Of a stretch of 64,000 nucleotides of DNA, positions 53,643-64,000 are shown in pieces; position 1 is the first letter of the stretch; each line of letters starts with the position of its first letter. The DNA lies in NCBI RefSeq assembly GCF_963921235.1, contig NC_086097.1, positions 10,602,001 through 10,666,000 on the forward strand, given 5' to 3'. The stretch comes from Mobula hypostoma (lineage: Eukaryota). A model generated the notes under the pieces. That model ran no database searches. It saw only the letters and a list, made by a program, of their open reading frames with translations, and was not told the DNA's origin. A program made the translations under genes and the position numbers.

Positions 53643-54294
53643 TGGAGACGCTGGTCTTTTCAGAGATTTAAGCTTATTGAGAGTTTGCAGATCTTCCATT
53701 ATCTGTTCATCTGTTAACAAGTAATTTAACTTCACAGGTGCAGGTTTTCTTCTTTTGTCAGTAATTGGAACAGGGTCATTAGGTCTCCTCCTTAGTTTCC
53801 TCGTTGTTATTGACTTTACCTCCATAGAATCTCCTGTGATTTCCATTATTAGCCTCTCATTCTCAATCATCTTTTTCTTTCCTTCTAACTTAATCTTTTT
53901 ATCTTCAAATTCCTTCACTGCTGCTTTCTTCTCTTTAATATAATTCCTTTCCACTTGTTCTGTCTCCAGTTGCAGAAAAAGCTCTGCATTTCGTATTCTT
54001 TCCTTGTATTGTTGATCTAGTTTCTTCATCCCTTTCTGATACTCCTGCAAATACCTTCCTGTAACTGCTGTAGCTTTCTTTTGAGAGATGTCAATTTCTC
54101 CTGGTACATCTGGTCTTTTACTTCCAGGTAGTCTTCATCATCTTGCCTATTGGCAATATCTGTCTCCCTTGCACCTCTGTATCTTCATCCGAGTCTCAGC
54201 CACGGATACTATGTTCATCCTCATCGTCGACGCTGTCTAGCTCCTCCTCGTCATTGTAATAGTCGTCAATGGATGAGAGGAGAGTTGCAGACAT
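53643..54294 (-). pseudogene. SUDS3: SUDS3 retrocopy, 5' part (from ATG at 54294)
   Basis: MSATLLSSIDDYYNDEEELDS...MYQEKL...[51 protein letters not shown]...[13 protein letters not shown]...[11 protein letters not shown]...KRPASP; intronless; TGA at 54196-54198, two 1-nt frameshifts, ~8-codon deletion. Confidence 0.95.
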
Positions 54295-54319
54295 CTTCCA
54301 CACCGAGCTTCCCTCCTTT

Positions 54320-55494
54320 GTTGACACATCTAGTGCCTTGATGGTGTGCCAATCCAACTGGATTTTCCTGAGCCATTCACAATGGTGGTCCTCCATTTTT
54401 CAGGACATAGAGTTTCAGCTGCTGTGTTTTGTCTTTGTAGGTCACTGTCACTTTAATTTTACCTTTGGGATGCACTTTCTGTCCTGTGAAAGTCTTTAGC
54501 CGTAGTTTAGTTCGTTTCAGAGGTATGTGAGAAAACAGTCATTTGTAGTCATGTACAGCTATCACTGTTAAAGCTGAGCCTGTGTCCAACTCCATTTTCA
54601 GTCTCACGCCTGCCACTCGTGGAGTGATCCTTATTACTCTTTGATTATCTGTCTCTTTCATGCTGTGAAGTTGCAGACAAGACAATTCACTTTCATCTCA
54701 GTCATTTTCATCAGAACTGCTTTCTTCCATTTTGTGTGCATTGTTGTATTTTCCTTTCTGGGGTTTCTTGTTTCTCCGTATTTTGTCTGTGCATACTCTG
54801 CCAGTGTGGCCCTGATTGCCGCAATTTCTGCATTCTTTGTCTTTAAACCCACAGTCATCAGGGTCATGTGTTCCCACTATGGTAACATTTCTTTCCTTCA
54901 TTTCTGTTCAGTGACATTTTATTCACAGCATATTCCAGAGATTTTTGTTGTATCTCTGAAGCACCCCGTGCTGCTTTTTCCGTTCATATTGCAATGTTCA
55001 GCGCCTTCGCTAATGTAAGGTCTCTTTCACACACAAGCTTCTTCTGTGTGGTTTCACAGTGCATGCCACACACTAACCTGTCCCTCAATGTGTCCGATAG
55101 ACCAGCTCCAAATTGACAATGTTCTGATCATTTGTGCGATTCAGCACAATATTCAGAAATGCTTTCATTTTTGCTCTGATTCTGTTTGTGAAATTTAAAT
55201 CTTTCAGCAATGACCAGTGGTTTGGGGTTTAAATGCTGTTGGAGAGTGTCTAATATTTGCTTGAACGTTTTGTCAGCTGGCTTTTCAGGGGTTGTTTCTG
55301 TGCAGTAATGTGTTATGGTTCTATGGTTCTGCGTTAACAAGCTCCATAGCAACCCATATGTTTTTGCTCCCGTAATACTGAGTAAGACGCTGGCTTTCTT
55401 TTCATCATTAACACTGTTAGCCTCACAATATAACTCCACTCTCTTAGTCTTCAATGCCACTATCAAATGCTGTAATGATTCTAATCATTGCCAT
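54320..55494 (-). pseudogene. Gypsy gag-protease remnant
   Basis: ATG at 55494; RVELYCEAN...LNPKPLVIAERFKFHK...LRDRLVCG; zinc knuckle CRNCGNQGHTGRVC; protease MELDTGSA near 54575-54595; WLRKIQLDW. A short CR1 tail is inserted near 55294-55333. Confidence 0.9.
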
Positions 55495-55646
55495 CTTTGT
55501 TATGTTAATTTAGCCCAGTTTTCCCCTTGCTTTCTTTTTGACTCACGTGTCCTTTTTGCTAGCGCCACGTGTGGACACCGTCTAGATGCGTGTGTCGCTC
55601 CTTTTTATCTCCCTTCTGGATCAGGCAGACCCTCAGCCCCCGGGGG

Positions 55647-55808
55647 TCAGCGCCGTCTGTGGTCTCACCTGGATGTGCTGCGGCTCCGACTGTGTCTCTT
55701 GGTTTCCCGACGTTCCCAACCCCGGCTGTGCTCCCACTTCCTTTCAGACTCATGGCCTCACTCTGCCTCCTTCTCCCGCTCCTTGGCTCATTCCTTGCGC
55801 TCTTCTTT
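55647..55808 (-). pseudogene. ACIN1: ACIN1 (Acinus) C-terminal coding fragment in the element's 5' leader
   Basis: [50 protein letters not shown]; restoring CpG-decayed Arg codons gives a match to human ...ERAKEREK...EAER...REHSR...[24 protein letters not shown]. Confidence 0.78.
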
Positions 55809-55862
55809 CGAGTGTCGTTATCAATTAAAACACGGCGTTCTGATACAATGTAGGTTCATTAA

Positions 55863-55873
55863 CCTCGTCGCCA
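55863..55873 (-). other. Primer-binding site complementary to the tRNA-Ser(GCU) 3' end
   Basis: Minus strand TGGCGACGAGG, 3 nt after the 5' LTR; vertebrate tRNA-Ser(GCU) ends ...CCUCGUCG-CCA. Confidence 0.85.
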
Positions 55874-55876
55874 ATT

Positions 55877-56093
55877 TGTTGTGTATGTGGCCTGGTTACA
55901 CAACAATGCTGTTAATAAAAACACTGGAGACGGGAGCTAAGTTTCATGGTTCTTTACTGGCAGAAACCGAATTCGACACACACGTAAGATCAATACGTGG
56001 CTAATAGCGCATGCTCAATATGTGCCTAATAGCGTATTCAACGACGAGTTACTAAAACATAGAATATTATTATACTGTAGGCTGCACTGTACA
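55877..56093 (-). repeat. 5' LTR (217 bp)
   Basis: TG...CA termini; direct repeat of 51887-52109. Confidence 0.93.
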
Positions 56094-56280
56094 ATTTCAA
56101 ATAGTTTAGATTTTTTTTGGTCCAATTAAAAAGTAAGTATAAAACCACACGATCATACAAAAATATGATAGAGAAAACAGCTGTTTTTTGTTTGTTAAAT
56201 TGAGGTGAATTTGAGGTAAATCCAAATGGAATAGAAGAGGGAGGAGGGAAATGGAGGCTGGGCTTTGGACTACAGACAAA

Positions 56281-56825
56281 TACACTCAGTGGTCACTTAA
56301 TTAGTTACATCTGTTCACCTGCTCATTAATGCAAATATCTAATCAGTCAATCATGTGGCAGCAACTCAATGCATAAAAGCATGCAAACATGGTCAAAAGA
56401 TTCAGTTGTTGTTCAGACTAAGCCTCAGAATGGGGGAAGAAATATGATCTAAGTGACCTTGATCGTGGAATAATTGTTGGTGCCATATGGTGTGTTTTGA
56501 GTATCTTAGAATCTGCTGATCTCCTGGAATTTTCAAACCCGGCCGTGTCTAGAGTTTACAGAGTATAGTGTGAAAAACAGAAATATAAATTCCAGTGAGT
56601 GGCAGTTCTGTGGGTGAAAATACCTTGTTAATGAGGGACTCCAAAGGAGAATGACAACACTGGTTCAAGCTGACAAGAAGGTGAGATTAACTCAAATAAC
56701 CATGCATTACAACAGTAGTGTGCAGAAGATCATCTCTGAATGTACAATTTGTCAAACCTTGAAGTGAATGAGCCACAGCAGCAGAAGATCGCATCAGGCT
56801 CTTCTCTGTACCCAATGAAGTGTAA
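56281..56825 (+). mobile_element. Tc1-like non-autonomous transposon (N-terminal transposase remnant)
   Basis: Starts TACACTCAGTGG; degenerate DLSDLDRGIIVGA...SILESADLLEF...VSRVYRE...LVQADKK. Confidence 0.8.
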
Positions 56826-58594
56826 ATAGGAATGTATAGGCTGACAGGAGCACACGGCTTAAGTAAGAGGCCCAGATGAGAAAGGCTTGACCATATTTAA
56901 TGACGTATTATTCCATGATTCCTTAGTTTTGTGCGGTCAAAAGTGAAGCAGAAGCCAAAATCATTGGGTATACAACTCAGATACTGGCTTAAGTTTTCTA
57001 ATTACAGTGTCTCTAGTAATCTATATTTCATGAGAAGCAATTGTCAAGCAGACTGAAGAAAAGAAATCACATATGTGTTCCAAGACTCCTTGGAAATAAA
57101 AGGCAACATCCCCACTGAACTCCTGGGAATCACCGGCCCTTGATTGCACAGAATGGAGTGGGAGCTTTCAGTACTGTATTGAAAAACCTGAGCCCACACA
57201 TTGGGAGCACACAAAAGCCCTAGACAGCTGCAGAAGGAATGCATCACCTGATAAATTACCACCTACCTGATCCTTTAAGAACCTCCTCTGCATTTTCCAC
57301 ACTGGTCCTGTTAGTCATCTTACAATCCATGAAACTGGAATGGAAGAAAGTCGTGCTCACTACCAAAGGTCTGCCTAAGAAGAAGAAGGAGAAGATGATG
57401 AATCTGTCCAACAGACTGTTAGCAATAAAACCTTAAGTCAATAAAACCTGCAATGTACATAAATCTATCAAAATTAATAATTAAATTGCAATTTACTTCT
57501 TCACTGTTCATTATCTTTACAATGAAAATGAATCAACATTTAAATTATTTGGAATGAAAATTAATTAATTTTGGGTTTATTTTAATACCACTTGTCGAAA
57601 CATCATTTAGAAAAACTTTCAATATTAATTAAAAGATTACTGCAAAATGACACATTTTAATGAAGACAAATTAATATGCTTTTATTCAATCTGACTGTAT
57701 CCATTTTTAATTCTATATTGTCAAAGTTATTGTGTGTAAATGCTTCCAAATATTATTTTCATTAGTTGCTTTTGTCGAGGAATTATCTAACAGATTCAGT
57801 TATTTTCTGCTCAAACAAATTTGTAAAAGTCTGTTAATCTTTCAGATGCAATTCTTCAAATTCTGAGAACTGGATTTTAAAAAAATTGGAAATCCTTAAA
57901 ACCTCCAGGATTAAAATTATAAACCTCTATACATTCAATCAGGGCATCATAACGGTAGAGACATACAGCAGGAAAACTGGCACTTTGGCCCAACTGGGCC
58001 ATGCCGAACAAGATGCCCCATCAAAGCCTTATCTATTTTCCAGTGTTTTTCCCATAAACTTCTAAGTCTTTCCTATCCATGTACCTGTCCAACTGCCTGT
58101 TAAAAGTTGTTTTTGCACCTTGTTGGATACATGGGTCAAAGATCAAAATGGCTGGAGTCACTTAAAACTTTTGTGCAAGTATGTATATTAGCTGCGTGAA
58201 GAGTCAAACTGGCCAACATTTATAAAAAGCTATTGACCGGAAACACAGGGCAGCATAGTAGCATAGTGGTTAGCACAACACTTTACAATGCAGATGACCA
58301 GTGTTCAATTCCTGCCACTGCCTGTAAGGAGTTTGTATGTTGAAGAATACAAAGAGGAACCGGTTGGTGGGTTAATTGGGTTAATTGGGTTAATTTGTCA
58401 TTGTAAATTCTCCTGTAATTAGGCTGGGATTACATCAGGGATTGCTGGGTGGTGCGGCTTGAAGAGCTGGAAAGATCATGGATGCTGCCTTCTTGAAGAA
58501 ATGCTTTTTGAAGGTGTCATGACGCGGGGGAGGCTAGTGTCCATGATAGAGCTGGCTGAGTTTAGAACTTCCTGCAGCTTTTTCCACTCCTATA

Positions 58595-59152
58595 TAACTG
58601 TAAAGTTATATAGGAGTGGAAGACCTTAGTTAGACCCCACTTGGAGTATTGTGTACAATTCTGCTCACCACTGCAGGAAGGATGTGGATACTATAGAGAG
58701 AGCGCAGAGGAGATTTACAAGGATGTTGCCTGGATTGGAGAGCGTACCTTATGAGAATAGGTTGAGTGAACTTGGCTATTTCTCCTTGGAACAATAGAGG
58801 ATGAGAAGTGACCTGATAGAGGTGTATAAGATGATGAGGCATTGATCGTGTGGGTAGCCAGAGGTTTTTTGCGAGGGTTGAAATGGCTAGCATGAGAGGG
58901 CATAGTTTTAAGATGCTTGGAAGTAGGTTCAAGTGGGATATCAGAGGTAAGATTTTTACATAGTGAGTGGTGGGTGCATGGAATGGTAGAGGTGGATACA
59001 ATAGAGACTCTTAGATACATGGAGGTTCGAAAAATAGAGGGCTATGCGGTAGGGAAATTCAAGGCAGCTTCTAGAGTAGGTTACATGGTTGGCACCACAT
59101 TGTGAGCCAAAGGGCCTGTAATGTGTTGTAGATTTTCTATGTTTCTATGTTT
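58595..59152 (+). mobile_element. CR1-type LINE 3' fragment
   Basis: LVRPHLEYCVQFCSP...RRFTRMLPGL...; (TTTCTATG)n tail. Confidence 0.85.
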
Positions 59153-60795
59153 CCTTTGAGGTGGCAGTACAGTGGTATACAGGAACTGAGTGAACATGCA
59201 GGAATAGTGGTAACACTTCATCCAAAAGCTGGTTAACCTGACAATGGGGGGACTCTTCTAGGAACATGCTGAAGTGTGTGTGTGCGTGTGTGTGTGTGTG
59301 TGTAACTTTTAGTGCTCAAACCTCTGGAATGAGTTTCAAACCAAACCTTCTGATTGAGAAATGTTCCAGATTCAGAAAAAATTAAGGTACTGCAGAAACT
59401 GAGATTTATGTTTTTAACTTTAATTTTATTCTGGTAAGAACATATTTGAATTTCAACAAAGTAAATGTTGGATTAAGTGTTACTGGTTCTGAAGAATCTT
59501 CTCCATCAACAACCAGCCTCATGCAGTATCTTGGTAGTAGGAGTGACATTTTTACTTAACCTTACAACGTATCGCACATTGGATGTTTATTGTTCTTGTT
59601 ACGTGAGGGTTTTCATGGATTCCACTGTGTTGCTTTGTTTTGTGGTTGGCTGCAAGAGGGTGAATCTCAAGGTTGTATATGCTATTGTAGGATTTTGTGA
59701 ATAAAACACGCTTAACAAAAGCCGCAGCCCTTTACTTCCATTAGAAACAAACCAAAAGCAGCCACCTTACACTGATGTAATTATGTCAGACACCGTCTCT
59801 TACAGTGAACACAAGTCAATGGTGGTGGAGATCAGATTTTATTATGAACAATATATGTCATCTGTCACCTATTGCATTATGCTATAGTATATATACTTTG
59901 GTAATAAATGTACTTTGAATTTTGAACAATGTGGGAACAATATTTCTCCTACATTAATTGCATTTCAATATCTTTGTTTTTGATTTGGGAGCAAAGTAAA
60001 ACTCACTACTATTCATGACATTTGAAACAGAATTTAGTTAAACATATTGGAGTGCACAGTTTAAATGGGCTGAAGGGACTGTTTCTGTGTTGTACGTTTC
60101 TATGATTATGACTCTATTTTCTGTTTTACCAATGTGGTCAAATGTTAGGATCAGAGGAACATTGGGGAAAACAGTTTCACCATAAGCCTTGTAGAGGTCT
60201 CAATCTTACTGTCTGATAGGGTGAAGGAGACCTAAATGTAAGGTCATTGACAAGAGGTGATATTTCAGGAAGACGACATCCATCATTAGGAATTAGACTG
60301 TACCACACACGGTTCCCCCTCCCCCCAATATCTGGGTGCTGCCCTGCTCTTGATGTTGTCTGCAGAAGGTACAGAAGCCTCAAGAAACTACACCTTAATG
60401 TTCAACAACTGCTTTTTCTCCACTGCCATCAGGTTCTTGAACTAGCCTGAGAAACCTTAACACTAACTTGGACTCTATTTATTTCTCTCTCTTTCAACTT
60501 GCACTTGTCTTTACAAGGGTAGGTTCAAAGGGGATGTGAGGGGGAAGTTTCTTACTTAGGGGAGTGTTGACTGCCTCAAATGTGCTGTCTTGGTATGGTG
60601 GTAGAAACAAGTATATTTAAGGGTCGTTTACATAGGCACATGGATGTAAGGAAAATGGTTAGAAATGGACATTGTGTAGACAGGAGGGATTAATGTTTGG
60701 CTGTTTTAGAATTACTTTTTAGCTGGTTCAGCACAACATTGTGGATAAGCAGCCTGTTTCTGTGCTGTACTGTTCTGCTCTGTGTTCTATGTTCT

Positions 60796-61681
60796 TGTCA
60801 TGGTACGGTCCGTGAAGTCCACATTCCGGTTCACGGTCCAGTTCATCGATCCTTATTCCAGGTTTTCCTGTTTTCCCTTGTTCCATTAGGTGCCTTAATT
60901 GAGGCACCCGATTCTCATTTTGGGCTGGCACATAAATACTTCTGCAAACCAAGGATTCCCTGCTGGGCTGTTCCCTTCCCCTCCCCATCTGAATCCCTGA
61001 CAGTTTCCTTGGCAATCGCTCTGGCCCTGCGTCCAAGAAAGGGTCTCGGCTCTGTTTGCAAGAAAGCATACCAGCCCTGCGCTCCAAGGAGGGTCCTGGC
61101 TCTGTACCCAATAGCCTAATCAAGCTGAATCCAAGAACTGAGCCTAGTCCCAGAGCCACATCCTGTGCTGGAGTTCCCTCGTCTAGTCCAAGCCACGTCC
61201 AAGTACCTTGTCTAGTCCAAGCCATTTCGAAGTACCTTGTCTGGACCAAGCCTAGTCCAAGAACTTCATCCTGTCCAAGGCAAGGCTTTGTGTTCTCGTC
61301 CTGTCGATGTGCCTTGTCCTGTGCAGGAGTTCCATGTCCAGTCCTGTAGCCACGTCTTGTCCTCGCCTAGATCCGGGGTCCGAGCCTGAGTCAAGATCCA
61401 GGTTCTGGGTCCCTGTCCAGTCTCTGGCTCAGAGTCATAGCCCAGGTTCCAAGTTCCAAGTTCCTTGTCCTGGTCCCACTTTCCTAGTCTTAGTCCTAGC
61501 CCAGGCCCGGCGTCCTTGTCTCGTCCATGGCCTGTGTCTATGTCTCGTCCAGGGCCTGTGTCCATCTCCAGTGTTGTTTTTTCCTGACTCCCCTTGCTTT
61601 CTTGATAAATCTTGTCCTGTTCCTAGTACTTCAGTGTCTGTGTCTTGCATTTGGGTCTGCTCCCAGCGCCCCCTTATGACA
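60796..61681 (+). mobile_element. Gypsy-type solo LTR (886 bp)
   Basis: TGTCA...TGACA termini; 5-bp TSD GTTCT (60791-60795 and 61682-61686); internal degenerate tandem repeats. Confidence 0.85.
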
Positions 61682-61904
61682 GTTCTATGTTCTAATCCAC
61701 CTTGTCTTGGCCTTGCACATTATTTTCTGTCTTAATTGTATTTTCTCTGTAACCATAAATCTTTATTCTGTACAGTATTCTGTTTTGTTTTCCTTTTGTA
61801 CTACCTGAATGGACTGATGTGAGGTAATCTGTTTGAATGAAATGTAAAGCAATTTTTTACAAAGTACCTTGGTATATGTGACAATACTTGGCACATGCAG
61901 TCAG

Positions 61905-63165
61905 CAAGCACGCAGATGACACCAAGATGGGGGGTATAGTGGACAGTAAGGAAGACTATTGAAGCTTGCAGGGGGATCTGGACCAGCCGGAAAAATCGGC
62001 TGAAAAATAGCAGATGGAATCATTTTGGTAAGACCATCCAGGGTGGGTCTTACACAGTGAGCTGTAGGGCACTGAGGAGTTCTGCAGAACAAAGGGGTCT
62101 GGGTATACAGGTCCATGATTTATTGAAAATGGTTTCACAGGTAAATAGGGTCATAAAGAAAGCTTTTGGCACATCAGCCTTCATAAGTCAAAGGACTAAA
62201 TTCAGAAGTTGGGATGTTTTGTTGAAGTTGTTTAAGACATTGAGAAGGCCTAATTTAGAGCAAGCTGTGCAGTTTTGGTCACCCATCTACAGGAAAGATT
62301 GAAATCACGCAGAGAAAGGTTACAGGGATGTTGCCACAACTTGAGGAGCAAAGTTATAGGGAAAGGTTGAATAGGTCATTATTTCCTGGAGCACAGAAGA
62401 TTGAGGAGAGACTTGATAGAAGTATACAAAATTATGGGGGAGGTAGGTAGGGTAAATGCAAGCAGGTTCTTTCCACTGAAGTTGGGTGAGACTAAAACTA
62501 GAGGTCATGGGTTAATGGTGAAATGAGCAATGTTTAAGAAAAGATAAGGGGGATCTTCTTCATTCAGAGGGTGGTGAGAGTGTGGAATGAACGGCCAGTG
62601 GAAGTTTTGGATGTTGGTTTGATTTCAACAGTTAAGAAAAAATTAGATGGGTAAATTGATGGGAGGGGCTGAAGGCTATGGTCCAGGTGCAGGTCGATGG
62701 AACTAGGCAGGATACAGAAACATTCCGAATATTGAAAGGCCTGAACAGATTAGAAATGGCAAAGTTATTTCCCATGGTAGGGGATTCTAGGACAAGAGGG
62801 CATGACTTCAGGATTGAAGGACGTCCTTTTAGAACTGAGATGCAGAGAAATTACTTTAATCAGAGGGTCATAAATCTGTGGAATTTGTTGCCAGGATCGG
62901 CTGTGGAGGCCAAGTCATTGAGTGTATTTAAGACAGAGATAGATAGGTTCTTGATTAGCCAGGACATCAAAGGATATGGGGTAAAGGCAGGGGAGTGGGG
63001 ATGACTAGAAGAATTGGATCAGCCCATGATTGAATGTTGGAGCAGACCCAATGGGCTGAATAGCCTACTTCTGCTCCGATATCTTATGGTCTTATGGATT
63101 AATAGGTCTGTATGGACTAGGTGGGACAAAGGGTCTGTTTCTGTGCTGTAGTGTTCTTAGACTCT
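61905..63165 (+). mobile_element. CR1-type LINE fragment with a second CR1 3' end nested at ~62712-63098
   Basis: ADDTKMGG...LKLFKTLRRPNLEQAVQFWSP; nested ETFRILKGLNRL...QRVINLWN with its own tail. Confidence 0.8.
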
Positions 63166-63689
63166 AATAATAAACCAAGTTGGGGTTTCTTCCTCCCTTT
63201 TCTACTTCTGCTATCCCCCCTCCTACTTTGTGTTCCCCACTTCCTTTTGCTTGTTTCCTCTTTTATCTCCTACTGTAGTGACCTTTCTGCTTTGAGGAAA
63301 ATCTTGCACAAGTGCTGTGGGTGTGAGTCAGGAGCAGGGATTTGAAATTGCAGAGAATGGAAAGCCGTCGATGTTATGCAGTAGTGTTGCCAGCTGTTAT
63401 GTGATCAATTCAAATGTCAAGTTTATTGTCAATACCAAACATACCTATAAATGCCATGAAATGTTGTTTATTGCACTGTACATTACACACATAACAAACA
63501 TAAATTACATAGACTTAAATTAACATAAATTATGCAAAAACTACACAACAGAATAAACAAAAACTGACATATTGGAATTAGGGTGATGAAGAAAGCTTTT
63601 GGCATACAGGTCTTCAGACACTCATTGGCATTTACCTTGTGTCCTCCATAAATTAGCTACTGAGTGTAAGTTCATCGTCTTCTGCTGCT

Positions 63690-63935
63690 GTAGCCCATCC
63701 ACTTCGAGGTTGAATGTGTTGTGCATTCAGAGATGCTCTTCTGCACACCACTGTTGTAATGTGTGGTTATTTGAGTTAATGTCAGCTGGAACCAGTCTGG
63801 CTATTCTCCTCTGACTTCTCTCATTAATAAGGCTTTTTGCCCATAGAACAGGCGTCACTGAAAGTTTTTTTTAATGCTTTTCACACCGTTATCTGTAAAC
63901 TCCAGAGACCATTGTTCATGAAAATTCCAGGAGAA
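63690..63935 (-). mobile_element. Tc1-like transposon fragment
   Basis: Reverse complement of part of the 56281-56825 family. Confidence 0.7.
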
Positions 63936-64000
63936 AATGAAAGAGGAAAGACCCAGGGGGAGGTGATAGGCAAGTGAGAGGAAGTTAAGAGGCCAGAGTG

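Larger units (their letters stand above)
51887..56093 (-). mobile_element. Non-autonomous Gypsy (Mag-like) LTR retrotransposon carrying ACIN1, SUDS3 and RNF213 cDNA fragments
   Basis: Two homologous LTRs, TSD ATTTC (51882-51886 and 56094-56098), PBS, PPT, gag/protease and pol C-terminal remnants. Confidence 0.93.

Noticed and set aside
53613..54050. 145-aa ORF as a functional SUDS3 gene
   Set aside because: Upstream stop and frameshifts, an internal deletion, interruption by RNF213, and location inside an LTR element make it a retro-pseudogene
53643..55808. Functional link between cargos (ACIN1 binds SAP18; SUDS3 is a Sin3 subunit)
   Set aside because: The ACIN1 piece is a short C-terminal tail with no start codon; with only three cargos, coincidence cannot be excluded
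55315..56004. 229-aa plus-strand ORF
   Set aside because: Antisense read-through of gag, ACIN1 cargo and LTR with no recognisable motif
51887..56093. Endogenous retrovirus with a transduced oncogene
   Set aside because: No env; gag, protease, PBS and short LTRs fit a Mag-like Gypsy element
59686..59877. Short solo LTR
   Set aside because: TGTAG start and AATAAA are suggestive, but the 3' terminus and TSD are ambiguous
60697..61735. Overlapping Cys/Pro-rich ORFs or a CRISPR-like array
   Set aside because: Degenerate tandem repeats within a solo LTR; no constant repeat with unique spacers, and the context is eukaryotic

Overview
Repeat-dense vertebrate DNA. The mix of CR1-type LINEs, V-SINEs, Rex1/Babar and Penelope-like elements (PLEs) suggests a cartilaginous fish, probably a ray (inference). 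I found no intact host protein-coding gene, rRNA, tRNA or CRISPR array; the window looks intergenic or intronic. The main finding is a complete non-autonomous Gypsy (Mag-like) LTR retrotransposon at 51887-56093 on the minus strand. It has two LTRs, a 5-bp TSD (ATTTC), a tRNA-Ser(GCU) PBS and a PPT, and it carries intronless pieces of three host mRNAs. The ACIN1 C-terminus sits in its 5' leader. A start-to-stop SUDS3 retrocopy replaces most of pol and begins in frame with the protease remnant. An antisense RNF213 RING fragment is inserted inside the SUDS3 copy. Secondary findings: PLE ends carry minimal type-I hammerhead ribozymes, and PLEs recur as outward-facing inverted pairs, two of them with 13-bp TSDs, including a ~400-bp-arm palindrome. 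Protein identities come from manual translation compared with remembered human sequences and need BLAST confirmation. Boundaries of old repeats are approximate.
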